IMG/VR virus record: IMGVR_UViG_2897358383_000002
Source of the DNA: a virus
Taxonomy: Duplodnaviria > Heunggongvirae > Uroviricota > Caudoviricetes
Direction: 5' to 3' (one strand)
Length of the DNA stretch: 64,000 bases
Each line of letters opens with the position of its first letter. Position 1 is the stretch's first letter. The notes below the pieces were generated by a model. The model did not search any database, had not been told where the DNA came from, and was given only the letters and a program-made list of their open reading frames with translations. Shown here one piece after another: positions 9,660 to 21,466 of this stretch. The position numbers and the translations under genes were made by a program.

Positions 9660-10915
9660 CCTTACCTAATGTCTGTTGGTATATTGGCTTTGATAACATT
9701 TTCGTCCGTGTATTCATTTATATACTCATTAGTTTCAATGTATTATATAGAACATGAAGCGTGCCTATAAATATCGATTCTATCCAACTCCCGAACAAAC
9801 CGAGCTATTAGCCCGGACTTTTGGGTGTGTGCGTTTTGTCTATAACAGCCTCCTTCGCTGGCGCACCGATGCGTACTACGCACGCCATGAGAGGGTCGGC
9901 TATGCACAAGCCAGCGCCAAATTAACGGCACTGAAAAAAGAACCAGAATTCGCTTGGCTGAATGACGTTTCCTGCGTCCCCCTCCAGCAGTCTCTGCGCC
10001 ACCAACAAACGGCTTTTGCTAACTTTTTCGCCGGGCGTGCTGCATACCCAGTTTTTAAGAGCAAGCGGCATAAACAGGCCGCAGAACTAACTGCCAGCGC
10101 ATTTAAATACCGTGACGGCAAGCTGTACATGGCAAAGAGCAAAGAGCCGTTAGATGTTCGCTGGAGCCGTCCGTTGCCGTCTGCTCCATCCACTGTCACT
10201 ATCACCAGGGATGCTGCCGGACGATATTTTGTATCCTGTCTCTGCGAGTTTGAGCCTGTATCACTGCCGATCACCGTTTCCACGGTCGGCATTGATATTG
10301 GTTTAAAAGATTTGTTCGTCACCGATACCGGTTTTAAAACTGGCAATCCTCGACACAACGCTAAATACGCGAAGCGATTAGCAGTGTTACAGCGCAGATT
10401 GAGCAAGAAACAAAAAGGCTCAAAGAACCGCGCCAAAGCACGTTTAAAGGTTGCCCGCCTCCACGCGAGAATAGTCGATTGTCGGATGGATAACCTGCAT
10501 AAGTTGTCCCGCAAACTGATTAACGAAAACCAAGTTGTTTGCGTCGAATCCCTTAAAGTGAAAAACATGATCCGTAACCCGAAGCTGTCTAAAGCAATAG
10601 CTGACGCAGGCTGGAGCGAACTTGTACGCCAACTCCAGTACAAAGGAGAATGGGGTGGACGTAGCATTGTCGCTATCGACCAGTATTTCCCTTCTTCCAA
10701 ACGTTGCAGCAGTTGCGGCTTCACCATGCAAAAAATGCCTCTTAATATTCGTAAATGGCACTGCCCGGAATGTGGCGCAGAGCATGATCGTGATATTAAC
10801 GCGGCCCGTAATATAAAAGCTGCCGGGCTGGCAGTGTTAGCCCTTGGAGAGTCTGTAATTCCTAAGCCGCTTCATGTGGTTTAGGTCGGACTCTGTGAAT
10901 TGGGAATGTTTGCCG
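9660..10915 (+). mobile_element. IS605-family tnpB-only element (IS1341-like); ends not defined
   Basis: TnpB gene wedged between two head genes on the opposite strand. Confidence 0.4.
9754..10884 (+). CDS. tnpB: TnpB (OrfB of IS200/IS605 family; RuvC-like nuclease with C-terminal zinc finger), 376 aa
   Basis: N-terminal YRFYPTPEQ motif; C-terminal CSSCG...CPECG zinc finger. Confidence 0.9.
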   Translation: MKRAYKYRFYPTPEQTELLARTFGCVRFVYNSLLRWRTDAYYARHERVGYAQASAKLTALKKEPEFAWLNDVSCVPLQQSLRHQQTAFANFFAGRAAYPVFKSKRHKQAAELTASAFKYRDGKLYMAKSKEPLDVRWSRPLPSAPSTVTITRDAAGRYFVSCLCEFEPVSLPITVSTVGIDIGLKDLFVTDTGFKTGNPRHNAKYAKRLAVLQRRLSKKQKGSKNRAKARLKVARLHARIVDCRMDNLHKLSRKLINENQVVCVESLKVKNMIRNPKLSKAIADAGWSELVRQLQYKGEWGGRSIVAIDQYFPSSKRCSSCGFTMQKMPLNIRKWHCPECGAEHDRDINAARNIKAAGLAVLALGESVIPKPLHVV

Positions 10916-10916
10916 T

Positions 10917-12647
<1,731 letters not shown>

Positions 12648-12713
12648 TTAATTAGAATAATTCGCATCGTGTTTGAACGGAATTTAACACTAGTCACTTG
12701 TTAAGGATTACCA

Positions 12714-15700
12714 ATGAACAAGCTATTTATGGGGGTGTTTCGCTGTTCAAGTGTCAGCGAAATATTGAAATACATTAGGGCAATAACATCTCACCGAGCG
12801 CCGATTAAATACGGCGTGGAAAAGGTGGAAGGCAAAAGCTATGACCGACTGCGCCGGGAGGCGAATCAGAAGGCGATAGATTTGCTTAATTCGCTGGTGG
12901 ACGGCGCGACACTGACAGATGAACAGCGCCAGATCCTGGCTGGGTACACCGGTGAAGGCGGCATTGGCGGGTCCGTCTCCGAATATTACACACCAAAGCC
13001 GATCGCTGAAGGTGTCTGGGAGATCATGAAGCTCTACGGCGCGGACGTAGGTAACACTCTGGAACCATCGGCGGGAACCGGCGTTTTTAATGAGACAAAA
13101 CCGGTTGGTACGGTGATGACCGCGACTGAGATCAGCAGTGTTTCCGGTCGTATAAACCAGTTGTTACACCCGGAAGACAGCGTACAGATTTCCCCGTTCG
13201 AACAGCTGGCTATAAGCACGCCTAACGATTCATTCGACCATGTTGTGGGTAACGTTCCGTTCGGCGGTCGTGATAACACACGCAACATCGATAAGCCTTA
13301 CGCAGAAGAAACGGACATGGGTTCTTACTTCATGCTCCGCATGCTGGACAAGATAAAGCCAGGCGGATTCATGTGCGTGATTGTGCCGCCGTCCATTGTT
13401 TCAGGTTCAAACATGAAGCGGTTACGCCTGCGCTTATCCCGTAAAGCTGAATTTCTTGGCGCTCACCGCTTGCCTACCGGTACTTTTGACGCAAACGGGA
13501 CCAGTACAGTCGTTGATGTGGTGCTGATGCGCAAACATCCGGCAGAGATGGCTGAGAAAATCCCCCTGGTGGATGAAAGCACTCTTGAATCGGCAAATGT
13601 GCTTTGGCCAACGTTTATTTCTGGCAAGTGGTTTGAAAAGGATGGCCGCCGGTTTGTTCATGGCACCCAGGAAAAGGGCTTCCAGGGGCGTATTGAGGTT
13701 CGTGCCGACGGTCAGATTGATAACCAGGCTCTTAAAGCGAAGCTGATTCATCGTTTCGAAAGTCGTATCGACTGGTCTTTGCTCGATATGGCTGAACCGT
13801 CACCGACCGCAGATGTTGTTGATGAAGGGGAAATGCGCCTGATTAATGGCGTATGGCAAAAATATGCTGGTGGTCGCTGGATTGAAGCTGATGCTGGTAA
13901 GGAGCTTAAGATTGATGCTGCCAGTTATGGCGCGGATAGCTGGGAGGCTCTTCAGCGTAACCTGACTACAACAGAAGGCCGTCTCGGTATGACATTTACC
14001 CAGATGGCAAATGTCCGCGATAAGTACACCACATCAATCAGCGACGATATGGTGCAGCTGGTGGACTGGATTAACAGCCAGCCTGAAAAATACCGTGAAC
14101 GCTTGTATCGTGGGGCGATGATTGGCCGGATGTTAATTGAATATCAGGATATGAAGGCCGCCGGGCATAGTGCTGAACAAATCGAACAGCAGCGCCTTTC
14201 TCTGGTGTCCCGTTTGCAGGCAGAGATTGACCGTTTTGGTAACCCCGGTCGCGGTCCGATAGCTAAATTATCGGGAAGCGGTGCGCGCGCCTGGTTTGCT
14301 TTCCGTGGTGCAATTAAGCTGGATGGCACTATTTCTGACGAGCTAACAGGAAAGCTGGTTACGCATGATTCCAGCGCCAGTTATGACTCCACCAGCTATC
14401 AGGACACCCTGCGTTATCTCTATAGCGATCTTACCCGCGATCCAATCCAGCTCGATGATTTCCGCCTTGCGTTTACCGGCGAACTGCCAGCCAGTGATGA
14501 AGAGTTGCTTAATTTATTGGCCAGCACTCCTGGTATTGCGGTTTCTCCGTATGGCGGGATTGTTCCGTTCGCCCGCGCCACCAGCGGCGACATTAACGAG
14601 ATAGTGGCTCCAAAACAGGAATTCCTTGCCACACTCCCCGACGGTCCAGTAAAGAACAACGTCCTTAATCAGCTGGCAGCGATCGAAGAGAAGCGCATCA
14701 AGACGCCAGCAGAGAATATCCGCTTTAAGCTCAATAGCCGTTGGTTCGACCGCTCCGTCATTCTGGAGTTTTTGCAGGAAAACGGCTATCCGGATCTGCG
14801 CTATGTGCAGTCAGTGCAGCTGGAAGGCGACGAAATGGTTTCTGACACCTATCACGGTGGTGATGGCCTGTTCGTCGGGCACCGATACGGTGTCGTCCAG
14901 CGCAAGGATAAAGAAACAGGCGAGATCCGCTACGAGTGGGACCGTAAATCAGGTGAAAACGCGACCGGGTTCCCGGCACAGCTGGAAAAGTATCTCAATG
15001 GTGCGCGTATCGGTGGCAAAGATAGCGCGACGGCGAACGGCTACCGCGAGCAGATGGCACTGCTTGAGGACCAGTTCAATAAGTGGATCAAGACGCACGA
15101 TCGCTACGATGAACTGGTTGCCAAATACAACGATGTGTTCAATAGCAATATCCCGTATGAACACTCTGGCGATCCGCTTGGGTTGAAGGGATTAAGCGGT
15201 AAGCGCCAGCCATTTGATTACCAGAATAGCGAAGTGCGCCGACTGTCCGAAGATGGGCGCGGCATCCTGGGCTTCGGCACCGGGCTGGGTAAAACTACGA
15301 CCGCGCTGGCGCTTGAGGCGTTCAACTATGAGAACGGTCGCTCCACCCGTACTGCGTATGTAGTGCCTAAATCAGTGCTGGAAAACTGGTATTACGAAGC
15401 AAAAGAATTCCTGAGTGAAGAGGCATTCAGTAACTACCTGTTCGTCGGTCTTGATGTGCTGATGGATGGCGATCAGATTCGCCAGGTGCCGGTGCTCGAT
15501 GAGAACGGTAAACCTGTTCTTGGTACTGATGGCACTCCAGTTATGCGCGATGCCCTAAAACTGGCAGATGAAGCCACTATCACGGCGCGGATGAACGCGA
15601 TCCCGCACTCAAATTACCGTGCAGTCGTGTTTACCAAAGAACAATACGCCCGCATTCCGCTACGTGATGACACCGTAGATGAGCATGCACAGGATATGCT

Positions 15701-18700
15701 TTATGACTTCGTTGCCGCCGGGCGCGTAGCCAGCGCAATGGACTCCGACTCCCACCGCAAAGAGGCCGCGCGTCGCCGGGTATTGTCGGAGTATTCAGAT
15801 ACCGGCACCGAAAAAGCAGAGAAGTATCCGTACTTTGAGGATATGGGCTTCGATAGTGTGATCGCTGACGAAGGTCACAACTACCGCAATAGCTATAAAA
15901 ATGGTCGCGAAGCGTCACAACTGGCCTATCTGCCCACCAGCGCGGTGGCGCAATCGGCGCGGGATATGGCAATTAAAAACGCGTACCTGATGAAAAAGAA
16001 TGGTGGGCGCGGACCGGTTCTCCTGACTGCAACGCCAGTCGTTAACACCCCGATCGATGCATACAACATGCTTTCTCATGTGCTGCCGAAGGAATACTGG
16101 CAGAAGATGGGGATCTACGGTCCTGATGACTTCGTTAAATTCTTCGGCAAGACCAGGCTGGAAACGGTACAGAAAATCAGCGGTGAAGTTGAAGAAAAAA
16201 TGGCGCTGGTGGGCTTTGAAAACCTTGATGCGCTGCGCGGCATATTCCATCGCTGGACAACGCTTAAAACGGCGGAAGACGTTAAGGATACCGTGGAGAT
16301 CCCGGAACTGGACGAACACCAGCAGGATGCACCACTTACGGAAGAACAACTGGCGGCGTATGAAGAATTGCGTCAGCAGGCGGAAGCGGCAGCCAAAGCC
16401 AACAATGGCGTAACGACCTCGGTCAATGAAGACGGCGTGATTGAGCACGAGAAAGCCCGTCCGATCTTCTCAATAATCAGGGATATGGACCGCGTATGTA
16501 CTGACATGGACCTGTACTATCGCAGGATCACCTATCGTTTCCTGCCGGAGTACGCCGATGCGGTGCAGCAGCTGGCGGACAGTTTGCCTAAACAAGCCAC
16601 CAGCGAAGACGACGACAGTGATGATTCGATCACGCAGCAATCGCAATACTCCCTGATAGATAAGGGCGAGTTTATTCAGTTGCAGGTACCGGAAGCATTT
16701 GAGCAGGAAGTGAATAATCGCCTGGCCAAGTTTGGCATTGACGAACAGACCGTAACTCACCCCGTTACACCCAAATACGCGAAGCTGATCGCCACGCTGA
16801 AGGCGTTTTTCCCGGAAGGTAAGCAAATCATCTTCACGGACGAAAAAACGCAGCACCAGAAGCTCAAGCGCATTATCTGCAATGCTCTTAACCTTGAACC
16901 TTCAAAGGTGGGGATCCTGAATGCTCAGACGGTTGCCGAGGCAGGTAAAACCGGTAAGAAACTGAAAGCGGTTAAACCGCCGAAAGAGTTACCGGATGAA
17001 CCAACAGATGCACAGATAGCGAAATACAACGAGCAAATGGCTCTGTATGACGCCTATATCGCGCAGCAAAATGAAATGTCGTTGGGCGGTCTGGAAAAGA
17101 TTGCAGCCGACTTCCAGGAGGGCCGGACTCCGATCATCATCTGCAACAAAAAGGCAGAGGTGGGTATCAACCTGCATCGAGGAACGACTGACATCCATCA
17201 TCTGACGTTGCCATGGACACCAGCCAGTATCGCACAGCGTAACGGTCGCGGTGCTCGAGTTGGCTCCAACCGTGCAAGCGTTCGCGTTCATTACTACTGC
17301 GGCAAGGGTTCTTTCGATGAATACCGACTGAAGACGCTGAAGCGTAAAGCAGGCTGGATCTCCGATATCCTCCGTTCAGATAAGTCAGAAATGGAGAACG
17401 CCGACGCCAACGATATGATCGAAATGCAGATGTATACCGCTAAGGATGATGGCGAACGTCTGGTAATGATGCAGGTTCAAATGGATAAGGCGAAAGCTGC
17501 GAAACGCGCTCGCCAGAAAGAACAGGCTACTATCGACCTTCAGAACTACATCAAGGCGCAGCACGCAGCTGGTGAGGATGTGGAGGTACTTACCGCTGAA
17601 TTGGAGCGAAGCAAAGCGGAACTTGAAAAGACCACCGCCGACGTCGCCAAATTCAAACAGGCGGTAATGGCCAAAGCAGCTGATAACGCAGACTGGAAAG
17701 CCCGCTGGGGTAGCGTCCATCACACAGACCGTATGTTGTTAGCACAGTATCGCGCGTCGTTGAAAAGCGCCATTCAGCGCAAGGCTAATATCTCTCAGGC
17801 CATCTCCCGCTATGAGAAATTATTGAACCGTACTCAGAAGGCCGCGACGGATATCAAACGCCTGCGCCCGCTGGTGGAGGATGCAATAAATAAAGGCATT
17901 CTGGATGTTGATCCTGATCTGGTTAACCATGCGAATGAGTTCCTTGTTATCGGCGATCGCTCATGGCGTGTAGGCCAATACTATGATTGTGCCGGTGATA
18001 TCGTTCGCATTAAGTCGCTGGACTTCGACAGCCAGCGCGCAGACGTGGAGATCATCTTTACCTTCAAAGGCACCAAATCGGGTAACTGGGATGTGAAGAC
18101 GCTGGATAAACAGGTGGATGTAACTCCCGATGAAGATGCTGTTATGCAGAAAATCAGTGGTGGCGTCTCCATCGCCGGGATTAACGACATCATTTCCTGT
18201 GACGATTTCTACCGTTTCCAGCAGCGCGGCATGATCAAAATCACTGACTCATACGGCGTTCAGACTACAGAGTCAGGCTATAGCATTGATTTTGTTGGCA
18301 CCTATACGGACCCACTGAAGCATGCGGTTTACCCGGATCGCCGTGACGGCGCGCTGAAGTCGTCAATTGCAAAATGGGTGCTTGGTATGATGTCGGAAGG
18401 GAATAACCGCCAGATCCGTTCGGCAGAAACATTCCTGGTTGAATTGTTTGGCTCCAATTATGGCGATGTAATCGCGTCATACGGAGATACGCTATCCCCT
18501 GAAGCAATTCAGGAGAAAATAGCGGATGCGATCGCAAAAATGCCGGAGAAAACAAGCCAGGGGGCTACTCGTAACGGGGATTCTGAACTTGAGGTCACCA
18601 ATGCCATTTTCGGTACCCATGAGTTCCGGGCGTCAGATTATGAGATCACCACAGCACAGTTTGGCACCATTGGCATTTACAGCAATAAAGACGAGATCAA

Positions 18701-19481
18701 GCAGGCAATGGACGCAGCAAGTGCGCGCATTGCAGCAGAACGGAAAGCCAATCTGAATCATGCAGTCGCCGCGCTGACTCAATCGTGGGTAACAGCAATC
18801 AGGGAGGCCGCCACCACAGGAAAAATCACACCGGCAATTGCGGATGTCGTAAACGACGGCTCTAAATTTATGGATGCCTATCAAATGGATGCGGTGAAGT
18901 TGCCATCAGCCTATGGTCAACTCAGCTATCGCATGACCTACAACCTGGTATCAATGTTTTCCGACCTTGCCATCCTTGGGCTGGTGGATCTTAACGAGGT
19001 TACGCCGGAATTGCTCAGCATGCGCAAGAATCATGTGGAGATATTGCAGAGAGTTAACACGGTTCTTGCCGGACGCACCGATGAAGAGAAACAGGCCGAC
19101 GCTGATCGGATAAACCTGGCCCTTGGCAACATCACGGAGGAAGAAATTGCCGCCAGAAACGAGAAACAAGAAGAGTTATCATCAATACAGGGTGATGCCA
19201 CCAGCATAGCTCAGTCTCTTGGTCTGAATTATCGCGTATCCACCGCCGACCTGAAGATGATGTACGCACCAAAATTCGCCGCTGGCGAGGTATTTGGGCT
19301 TCAGGAAGCCTCAGGCATGAAAGGCGTTCTTTTCCGTGCGAAAGACGCAATCAAGGCGAAATTCGGCGCTCGCTGGCTGCCAGCGAAGGCGAAGAACAGC
19401 GATTTCCCGGGTAACTGGTGGATTATCGAGACAAAACACAACGTGGCGGACGTTCTGGCCGTCATCCAACAATACGCATAA
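12714..19481 (+). CDS. darB: DarB-like defence-against-restriction protein: N6-adenine methyltransferase domain fused to SF2 helicase, 2255 aa
   Basis: GNVPFGG methyltransferase motif; helicase motifs GFGTGLGKTT, DEGHNYRN, QRNGRGARVG; length matches P1 DarB as I recall. Confidence 0.9.
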   Translation: MNKLFMGVFRCSSVSEILKYIRAITSHRAPIKYGVEKVEGKSYDRLRREANQKAIDLLNSLVDGATLTDEQRQILAGYTGEGGIGGSVSEYYTPKPIAEGVWEIMKLYGADVGNTLEPSAGTGVFNETKPVGTVMTATEISSVSGRINQLLHPEDSVQISPFEQLAISTPNDSFDHVVGNVPFGGRDNTRNIDKPYAEETDMGSYFMLRMLDKIKPGGFMCVIVPPSIVSGSNMKRLRLRLSRKAEFLGAHRLPTGTFDANGTSTVVDVVLMRKHPAEMAEKIPLVDESTLESANVLWPTFISGKWFEKDGRRFVHGTQEKGFQGRIEVRADGQIDNQALKAKLIHRFESRIDWSLLDMAEPSPTADVVDEGEMRLINGVWQKYAGGRWIEADAGKELKIDAASYGADSWEALQRNLTTTEGRLGMTFTQMANVRDKYTTSISDDMVQLVDWINSQPEKYRERLYRGAMIGRMLIEYQDMKAAGHSAEQIEQQRLSLVSRLQAEIDRFGNPGRGPIAKLSGSGARAWFAFRGAIKLDGTISDELTGKLVTHDSSASYDSTSYQDTLRYLYSDLTRDPIQLDDFRLAFTGELPASDEELLNLLASTPGIAVSPYGGIVPFARATSGDINEIVAPKQEFLATLPDGPVKNNVLNQLAAIEEKRIKTPAENIRFKLNSRWFDRSVILEFLQENGYPDLRYVQSVQLEGDEMVSDTYHGGDGLFVGHRYGVVQRKDKETGEIRYEWDRKSGENATGFPAQLEKYLNGARIGGKDSATANGYREQMALLEDQFNKWIKTHDRYDELVAKYNDVFNSNIPYEHSGDPLGLKGLSGKRQPFDYQNSEVRRLSEDGRGILGFGTGLGKTTTALALEAFNYENGRSTRTAYVVPKSVLENWYYEAKEFLSEEAFSNYLFVGLDVLMDGDQIRQVPVLDENGKPVLGTDGTPVMRDALKLADEATITARMNAIPHSNYRAVVFTKEQYARIPLRDDTVDEHAQDMLYDFVAAGRVASAMDSDSHRKEAARRRVLSEYSDTGTEKAEKYPYFEDMGFDSVIADEGHNYRNSYKNGREASQLAYLPTSAVAQSARDMAIKNAYLMKKNGGRGPVLLTATPVVNTPIDAYNMLSHVLPKEYWQKMGIYGPDDFVKFFGKTRLETVQKISGEVEEKMALVGFENLDALRGIFHRWTTLKTAEDVKDTVEIPELDEHQQDAPLTEEQLAAYEELRQQAEAAAKANNGVTTSVNEDGVIEHEKARPIFSIIRDMDRVCTDMDLYYRRITYRFLPEYADAVQQLADSLPKQATSEDDDSDDSITQQSQYSLIDKGEFIQLQVPEAFEQEVNNRLAKFGIDEQTVTHPVTPKYAKLIATLKAFFPEGKQIIFTDEKTQHQKLKRIICNALNLEPSKVGILNAQTVAEAGKTGKKLKAVKPPKELPDEPTDAQIAKYNEQMALYDAYIAQQNEMSLGGLEKIAADFQEGRTPIIICNKKAEVGINLHRGTTDIHHLTLPWTPASIAQRNGRGARVGSNRASVRVHYYCGKGSFDEYRLKTLKRKAGWISDILRSDKSEMENADANDMIEMQMYTAKDDGERLVMMQVQMDKAKAAKRARQKEQATIDLQNYIKAQHAAGEDVEVLTAELERSKAELEKTTADVAKFKQAVMAKAADNADWKARWGSVHHTDRMLLAQYRASLKSAIQRKANISQAISRYEKLLNRTQKAATDIKRLRPLVEDAINKGILDVDPDLVNHANEFLVIGDRSWRVGQYYDCAGDIVRIKSLDFDSQRADVEIIFTFKGTKSGNWDVKTLDKQVDVTPDEDAVMQKISGGVSIAGINDIISCDDFYRFQQRGMIKITDSYGVQTTESGYSIDFVGTYTDPLKHAVYPDRRDGALKSSIAKWVLGMMSEGNNRQIRSAETFLVELFGSNYGDVIASYGDTLSPEAIQEKIADAIAKMPEKTSQGATRNGDSELEVTNAIFGTHEFRASDYEITTAQFGTIGIYSNKDEIKQAMDAASARIAAERKANLNHAVAALTQSWVTAIREAATTGKITPAIADVVNDGSKFMDAYQMDAVKLPSAYGQLSYRMTYNLVSMFSDLAILGLVDLNEVTPELLSMRKNHVEILQRVNTVLAGRTDEEKQADADRINLALGNITEEEIAARNEKQEELSSIQGDATSIAQSLGLNYRVSTADLKMMYAPKFAAGEVFGLQEASGMKGVLFRAKDAIKAKFGARWLPAKAKNSDFPGNWWIIETKHNVADVLAVIQQYA

Positions 19482-19514
19482 CAGGAGCGCCCGGTTCGCC
19501 GGGCGTCGCATAAT

Positions 19515-19955
19515 ATGGCCACACTATCTGATACAATAAAACCGAATAAAACATATCTTGAGGCGGTACTGCGTACGGCATTGTTAGGAAAGACAGAAGA
19601 CGAATACGTTGATTTCTTCCTGTCAGGGCTACGCGGGCGATTACTGAAAAATCCCCGCCTGTACCGCAGCTATGGCCCATACTGGCCGGAAATTAAAAAA
19701 TTATTACTGGAGCGCGGTTATGGTAATTTCGGTCGTCTCGTTGACCGTGACGTTCGCAAAATTTACCGTTATGACCGCCCGGCGCTAACACTCATAGCCG
19801 CGACGCTCTACAGCCAGGAGCGTTTTGATAATGGTCAGATATACTCAGCCTGGCATTTACTGCCAGTGCCTGAAGAAGTTGACGACCAGGACTATGAGTT
19901 TGAGTCTTACGATTTGGAAGTTGAAGCCTTGGCACAGGCTGGAGAGAAAACTTGA
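19515..19955 (+). CDS. hypothetical 146-aa protein (Ulx-like by position)
   Basis: ORF track; downstream of darB, upstream of the 82-aa ORF. Confidence 0.4.
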   Translation: MATLSDTIKPNKTYLEAVLRTALLGKTEDEYVDFFLSGLRGRLLKNPRLYRSYGPYWPEIKKLLLERGYGNFGRLVDRDVRKIYRYDRPALTLIAATLYSQERFDNGQIYSAWHLLPVPEEVDDQDYEFESYDLEVEALAQAGEKT

Positions 19956-20200
19956 AAAAGCGATACTACACAGTAAAGCATGGGACGCTACGAGCATTAC
20001 AAGAGTTTGCTGATAAGCATAACGTTGAGGTGCGCAGGGAAGGGGGAAGTAAAGCTCTGCGCATGTACCGCCCGGACGGGAAATGGCGGACGGTGGTCGA
20101 TTTCAAAACTAACAGTGTTCCCCAGGGCGTCCGCGATCGGGCATTCGAAGAATGGGAGCAGATCATCATAGATAACGCATTGCTCCTGAATGCAGATTGA
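19952..20200 (+). CDS. hypothetical 82-aa protein (Lxc/Bof-like by size and position)
   Basis: ORF track; overlaps the stop of the upstream ORF. Confidence 0.4.
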   Translation: MKKRYYTVKHGTLRALQEFADKHNVEVRREGGSKALRMYRPDGKWRTVVDFKTNSVPQGVRDRAFEEWEQIIIDNALLLNAD

Positions 20201-20201
20201 C

Positions 20202-20230
20202 AATTTTGCCCGGAATTACCGGGCAAAATT
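20202..20230. terminator. bidirectional hairpin terminator aattttgcccgg-aatta-ccgggcaaaatt between convergent genes
   Basis: perfect 12-bp stem seen in sequence. Confidence 0.6.
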
Positions 20231-20236
20231 AAGCAA

Positions 20237-21373
20237 CTATCCTTCGTTACGAAGATGCTTATCTAAGAATTTTGTAAACTGGTTTGTTGAGCCAAAATAG
20301 TTGGGGTAGGCTTTTTTTAGTGACTTAATGTTATCTGTAGCAACGAGAACAGATATCAATACATTAGGATTAGAATCGTCTTTATTTAAGGCCTCAAGGG
20401 CTTCATCTGCTTCTTTTGTTTTAAATGCGCGAACAGACACTAGGAACATTTTTTTGTTTTTTGTATTGGGCTTGTTTTCTGCATTTCTCATTGTTACTAA
20501 GTAATGCCCCTTATGATTTTTTGGCAACTTCTTAATCAAATTCGCGTCAGAAGTTAAATTTAAGGCGATGGTGTATGTGCTTAGTTTCCTCCGTACAGAT
20601 AAAGTCCGTTCCAGCTCTTTAAGCTCGCCTTCATACTGAGATACAACTAGCTCATCAAGAGTGCAGGCTTTTTCGTCGTGCGCTACAAGACATCCGGCTA
20701 GATAGAAAAATCGTCTCCATTCTGGATGCCCTTCACTTGAAGTTTTCAGCTTGATACCTTCAAGGGTATCAATTATTTCAAGGCTGGTAGCCCAAGCATG
20801 CTGCAATTGAGTTCTTAACTGTATCTCAATCTTTGTTTTTCGCCACGGATATTGATCCTCTTTCTGATCGAAGCAACTGTATGCAAGGTGGATTCCACTA
20901 TAGCCGCTGTCTTTGGGAGTAAGATAATCATACTCTTTAACAATCCTATGAACAGATTTGCTTTTTAAAAGACGTTCCTTTAGCTGTATCAACTGGTCTA
21001 AGTTTCTGACAATGGCCCTACATCCGCCAACGTCCTGCATCCGTGTTAATTTAATTGCATTGCTAGTTCTGCCTCCATCAAGACTAGGACGCTCTAGTTT
21101 ATCTATTATGGTAGAAAGTCGCTTAAGTCTTCTTGCAACGAGAATCTTTTTGTCCTTGTCAACCTTAGCAGCTGCTCTTGCTAAATGATTTTTCATGAGC
21201 ATTAATGGATAAAGATGCAGCTCACGGAAATTTTGTATCATTTCAATAGATTGCTGCCTTTCTTCGTCACTACACCCGTGCCTTATCAATTGAGCAGCCC
21301 TATCAATTTGAGATTTTGAATATTTCAACTTGCATTTTTGACTTTGATAAACTTCATTCCCCATTGCTTTCAT
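20237..21373 (-). CDS. RelA/SpoT-fold nucleotidyltransferase (toxic small alarmone synthetase type) with long C-terminal extension; CapRel-like fused toxin-antitoxin candidate, 378 aa
   Basis: motifs DVGGCRAIV, GYSGIHLAY, EIQLRTQLQHAWA; AT-rich; no separate antitoxin ORF adjacent. Confidence 0.75.
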   Translation of the reverse strand: MKAMGNEVYQSQKCKLKYSKSQIDRAAQLIRHGCSDEERQQSIEMIQNFRELHLYPLMLMKNHLARAAAKVDKDKKILVARRLKRLSTIIDKLERPSLDGGRTSNAIKLTRMQDVGGCRAIVRNLDQLIQLKERLLKSKSVHRIVKEYDYLTPKDSGYSGIHLAYSCFDQKEDQYPWRKTKIEIQLRTQLQHAWATSLEIIDTLEGIKLKTSSEGHPEWRRFFYLAGCLVAHDEKACTLDELVVSQYEGELKELERTLSVRRKLSTYTIALNLTSDANLIKKLPKNHKGHYLVTMRNAENKPNTKNKKMFLVSVRAFKTKEADEALEALNKDDSNPNVLISVLVATDNIKSLKKAYPNYFGSTNQFTKFLDKHLRNEG

Positions 21374-21466
21374 CCATTTTAAATGATTTACATGCTGTTA
21401 CATCTAATGATAAAGCGGTTAGAAAATCAATGGAGAATGTAACCACAAAATTACTGTATGTAATTG

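Noticed and set aside
9900-10727. 275-aa ORF antisense to tnpB
   Set aside because: Lies entirely inside the well-supported tnpB frame on the other strand; typical spurious antisense ORF.
7998-10884. IS200 tnpA and tnpB as a single IS605-type element
   Set aside because: They are separated by about 1.2 kb containing an opposite-strand 339-aa phage gene with its own terminator, so two independent insertions are more likely.
13034-19350. Numerous 60-180-aa ORFs on both strands inside darB
   Set aside because: All are embedded in the 2255-aa DarB frame, which has continuous methyltransferase and helicase motifs; no RBS or independent support.
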